A stretch of DNA of 59,184 nt, the filler included. It is 5 parts of 5 records of this genome, joined end to end, with 100 filler letters (N's around TTAATTAATTAA, not from the genome) between each part and the next. Parts side by side here need not be neighbours in the genome. Positions count along the whole stretch, not along the records: positions 52,275 to 59,184 come from SRR31156797_7387; 4 more parts are not named here. One strand, written 5' to 3'. Below, in pieces: positions 57,908-59,184 of the stretch; the first letter of the stretch is position 1; each line of letters starts with the position of its first letter. A program made the position numbers and the translations under genes. The notes below the pieces were generated by a model. It made no database searches. It was not told the origin of the DNA and saw only the letters and a program-made list of their open reading frames with translations.

Positions 57908-58924
57908 CTAATCCCATTCCCAGCCCAAACTGGTTTTAAATACATAGTCGTTTTTTGATACATCAATTAGTGGTTTGCTATCGAAATTATGAACATAGCT
58001 TAATTTAATGTAAAAATCTAAAGGCAGATCGTATTTAACCGATGCATCCAGGTCAATACGCCAGCGTCCCCATTCAGTAATACTTGGATATGTGGTGAGT
58101 TTAGCCTGAAATGTTAAGTCGCCAATATCATAAGCATTAAAATCGGTTAGCCCCAAACCTTCAATACTGCTTTGGTTAGTTGCGTCTTCTCCTCCATAAT
58201 TCTCGCGCGAAAATGCCAAACCAGCACCTGCCTGAAAATAAATACGATTTGTACGGATAATATAGTAACCATAACCGGTTCGTATTGTAGAGCGCAGATC
58301 CAACATCTGTTCGCTGTTACTTAAAAACTCGGCACCGGTCATCAACATCGAATTTCCCCAAACATCTCGTATAATGTTTAAACCTCCTTCCGTTCGATCA
58401 ATCGGATCAACATCATCTTGAATAGTACCAACATTGCTAAAGTTGGCACTCAAATACCACTTTACACCACGGTAACTTGCTTTCGCCGATGCTGATGTTT
58501 GACGAATATTATTTGCTTTTGTAAGAGAAAGTCCGGCATCAACTGAAACGATTAAACGATCGATAAAACTTTTTTCCAAAGCATTTATTTCCACAATCGT
58601 GTTCAAGGGAACAACAAATTGTTGATCAATGGTTTCGATTCGACCTACGCCAACCGAATCCGGGACAAGCTTAATACTCCCTTTGTATCTATAACCACTT
58701 GATGTGTAAATTAAAAATGTGCGCGGAGCATTCACACCTACAATTTCATCCCATTCAATTTCAAAATCAGAATCAGCGTAATCAGTATCAAATACTAAAA
58801 CACCCCGACTCATCGACTTTATCTCTCCTACCAGTTCATCTCCTGTTTTGGTATAAAGCTTATCTGACTGAGCAAAAGAATTCAGGAGACAAAAGAAACA
58901 AAACAAACTTACTATTGCTTTCAT
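57908..58924 (-). CDS. DUF481-like outer-membrane beta-barrel protein
   Basis: Signal peptide, small N-terminal domain, alternating beta-strand pattern ending SLGWEWD. Confidence 0.75.
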   Translation of the reverse strand: MKAIVSLFCFFCLLNSFAQSDKLYTKTGDELVGEIKSMSRGVLVFDTDYADSDFEIEWDEIVGVNAPRTFLIYTSSGYRYKGSIKLVPDSVGVGRIETIDQQFVVPLNTIVEINALEKSFIDRLIVSVDAGLSLTKANNIRQTSASAKASYRGVKWYLSANFSNVGTIQDDVDPIDRTEGGLNIIRDVWGNSMLMTGAEFLSNSEQMLDLRSTIRTGYGYYIIRTNRIYFQAGAGLAFSRENYGGEDATNQSSIEGLGLTDFNAYDIGDLTFQAKLTTYPSITEWGRWRIDLDASVKYDLPLDFYIKLSYVHNFDSKPLIDVSKNDYVFKTSLGWEWD

Positions 58925-59184
58925 TTTTAGTATTTCGGAATTGAATATTTAGTTGTTCAAATTTAAAACATAATACAATATAGTTTAAGCGAATTACATT
59001 CTTTTTCCAAACTAAAAACGAATTCAAACATACAGTCGTCAACCAGTTGCCCGGGAAAGAAAAAGAAATCCGCTTAAAAGCCTGAACCTGACCTTTGTCA
59101 AGTTGTGTAACCTGAAAAGATTTCTATATTTGTCAGCTCACAGAAAAATAAAGCTTATCTTTTAAAACATTCAACTATGCCGGA

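Noticed and set aside
58925-59184. Riboswitch or CDS at the window end
   Set aside because: No recognisable aptamer core or convincing ORF; the 60-aa call overlaps the DUF481 start and is low complexity.

Overview
This window is not one locus. It is five unrelated contigs joined by artificial N-run/TTAATTAATTAA/N-run spacers, so linkage can only be read within a contig. Taxonomic calls below are inferred from gene content, motifs and composition. (1) 1-17114, Bacteroidota-like: alkaline phosphatase, NimA-like flavoprotein, SLC12-like transporter, two propeller/Y_Y_Y/SpoIIE sensor phosphatases, a ~1076-aa multi-cofactor Fe-S/flavin fusion oxidoreductase, rlmF, DUF1456, rluF and a candidate sRNA. 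(2) 17215-29812, AT-rich and Campylobacterota-like: a complete six-gene phenol hydroxylase operon (dmpKLMNOP) with no adjacent DmpR-type activator or catechol dioxygenase. It is followed by a BLUF / H-NOX / PAS-PAS-GGDEF cassette, a CBS-domain histidine kinase with an OmpR-family regulator, a small Cys4 protein and two truncated sensor kinases. (3) 29913-35178, GC-richer and Desulfobacterota-like: anaerobic benzoyl-CoA pathway genes (oah/bamA behind a sigma54 promoter, gcdA) flanking an NtrC-type two-component system. (4) 35279-52174, Bacteroidota-like: bactofilin plus ATP synthase genes, a cyclase-HD fusion, USP, rdgB, porZ and an ABCG-like transporter cluster. (5) 52275-59184, Bacteroidota-like housekeeping genes plus a start-less orphan reading frame. 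No tRNA, rRNA, CRISPR array or transposase was seen. The best novelty candidates are the contig-2 phenol hydroxylase with apparently rewired regulation, the light/NO-to-c-di-GMP cassette beside it, and the single-chain oxidoreductase.
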